Below the pieces are notes generated by a model. That model did no database searches. It saw only the letters and a list, made by a program, of their open reading frames with translations, and had not been told where the DNA came from. Both the position numbers and the translations under genes were made by a program. From positions 2,852,001 to 2,916,000 of the forward strand of contig NW_027362062.1 in NCBI RefSeq assembly GCF_039654945.1: a stretch of 64,000 nucleotides of DNA. Direction: 5' to 3'. The DNA comes from Dendrobates tinctorius. Its lineage: Eukaryota. This document shows positions 63,001 through 64,000 of this stretch, in pieces; the first letter of the stretch is position 1; each line of letters opens with the position of its first letter.

Positions 63001-64000
63001 CCAGCCAGTTTTGCGTTCATAAAGTCAAATGGTGCTCCCTCCCTTCTGAGCCCAGACGTGTGCCCAAACAGTGGTTTACCTCAACATATGAGGCATCAGC
63101 GCACACAGGACAAATTGCACACCAACTTCTGGGGTCTAATTTCTCCTGTTAACCTTGGGAAAATAAACAAATTGAGGGCTAAAAAATCACTTTTGTGGAA
63201 AAATAATGATTTTTTATTTTCACGGCTCTGCGTTATAAATTTCTGTGAAGCACTTGGGGGTTCAAAGTGCTCACCACACATCTAGATAAGCTCCTTGGGG
63301 GGGGTCTAGTTTCCAAAATGGGGTCACTTGTGGGGGGTTTCTACTGTTTGGGCATATCAGGGGCTCTGCAAACAAAACATGCCGCCCGCAGAACATTCCA
63401 TCAAAGTCTGCATTCCAAAACGGCGCTCCTTCCCAGCTCTCCCATGCACCCAAACATTGGTTCCCCCCACATATAGGGTATCAGCGTACTCAGGACAAAT
63501 TGCACAACAACTTTGATGGTCCAATTTCTCCTGTTACCCTTGTGAAAATAAAAAATAGTGGGCTAAAAAATAATTTTTGAGGAAAGAAAATATTTTTTAT
63601 TTTCACGGCTCTGCATTATAAACTTCTGTGAAGCACTTGGGAGTTCAAAGTGCTCACTACACATCTAGATAAGTTCCTTGGTGGGTCTAGTTTCCAAAAT
63701 GGGGTCACTTGTGGAGGGTTTCTACTGTATAGGCACATCAGGGGCTCTGCAAACGCAACATGACACCTGCAGAACATTCCAGCAAAGTCTGCATTCCAAA
63801 ATGGCGCTCCTTCCCTTCTGAGCTCTCCCATGTGCCCAAACAGTGGTCCACTCCCACATATGGGGTGTCAGCGTACTCAGAACAAATTGCACAACAACTT
63901 TTAGGGTCCAATTTCTCCTGTTACCATTGGAAAAATAAAAAATAGTGGGAAAAAAATCATTTTTGAGGGAAAAAATGATTTTGTATTTTCACTACTCTGC
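63001..64000. repeat. ~385-bp tandem repeat, probably internal to a non-autonomous TTAA (piggyBac-like) element whose left end may be at ~54074
   Basis: caaattgcac recurs at ~63111, 63496 and 63883; ctagtttccaaaatggggtcac at ~63307 and 63687; ttaactccttcacgacc end-like motif at ~54074. Confidence 0.65.

Overview
This is vertebrate genomic DNA, most likely an anuran amphibian. That is inferred from the gene set and the frog-type DIRS, Gypsy, T2-MITE, L2, CR1 and Penelope repeats; it is not prokaryotic. Three host genes are supported. TTC22 contributes its last four coding exons (+, 2140-7474). PARS2 has a single coding exon (-, 26147-27535). TTC4 has a complete 10-exon CDS (+, 33055-43673, 386 aa), and PARS2 and TTC4 lie head-to-head around an ETS/E-box-rich promoter near 29.9-30.1 kb. 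Much of the rest is nested mobile DNA. A DIRS1-type tyrosine-recombinase retrotransposon (~11.08-23.48 kb) contains a young gag-less Gypsy chromovirus and a solo LTR. A second full-length Gypsy chromovirus (54834-61968) sits inside a multi-layer nest. There are also several solo LTRs, Tc1, hAT, T2 and Harbinger MITEs, CR1, L2 and a decayed Penelope RT. The most striking signal is a small non-coding retroelement present twice (29198-29403 and 56056-56421). It has a 329-bp monomer period, an intact type I hammerhead ribozyme core, octamer and CTCF-like motifs, a terminal direct repeat and 11-bp target-site duplications. It resembles a newt satellite-2-like retrozyme occurring as dispersed insertions. 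All calls come from manual reading; no database searches were run.
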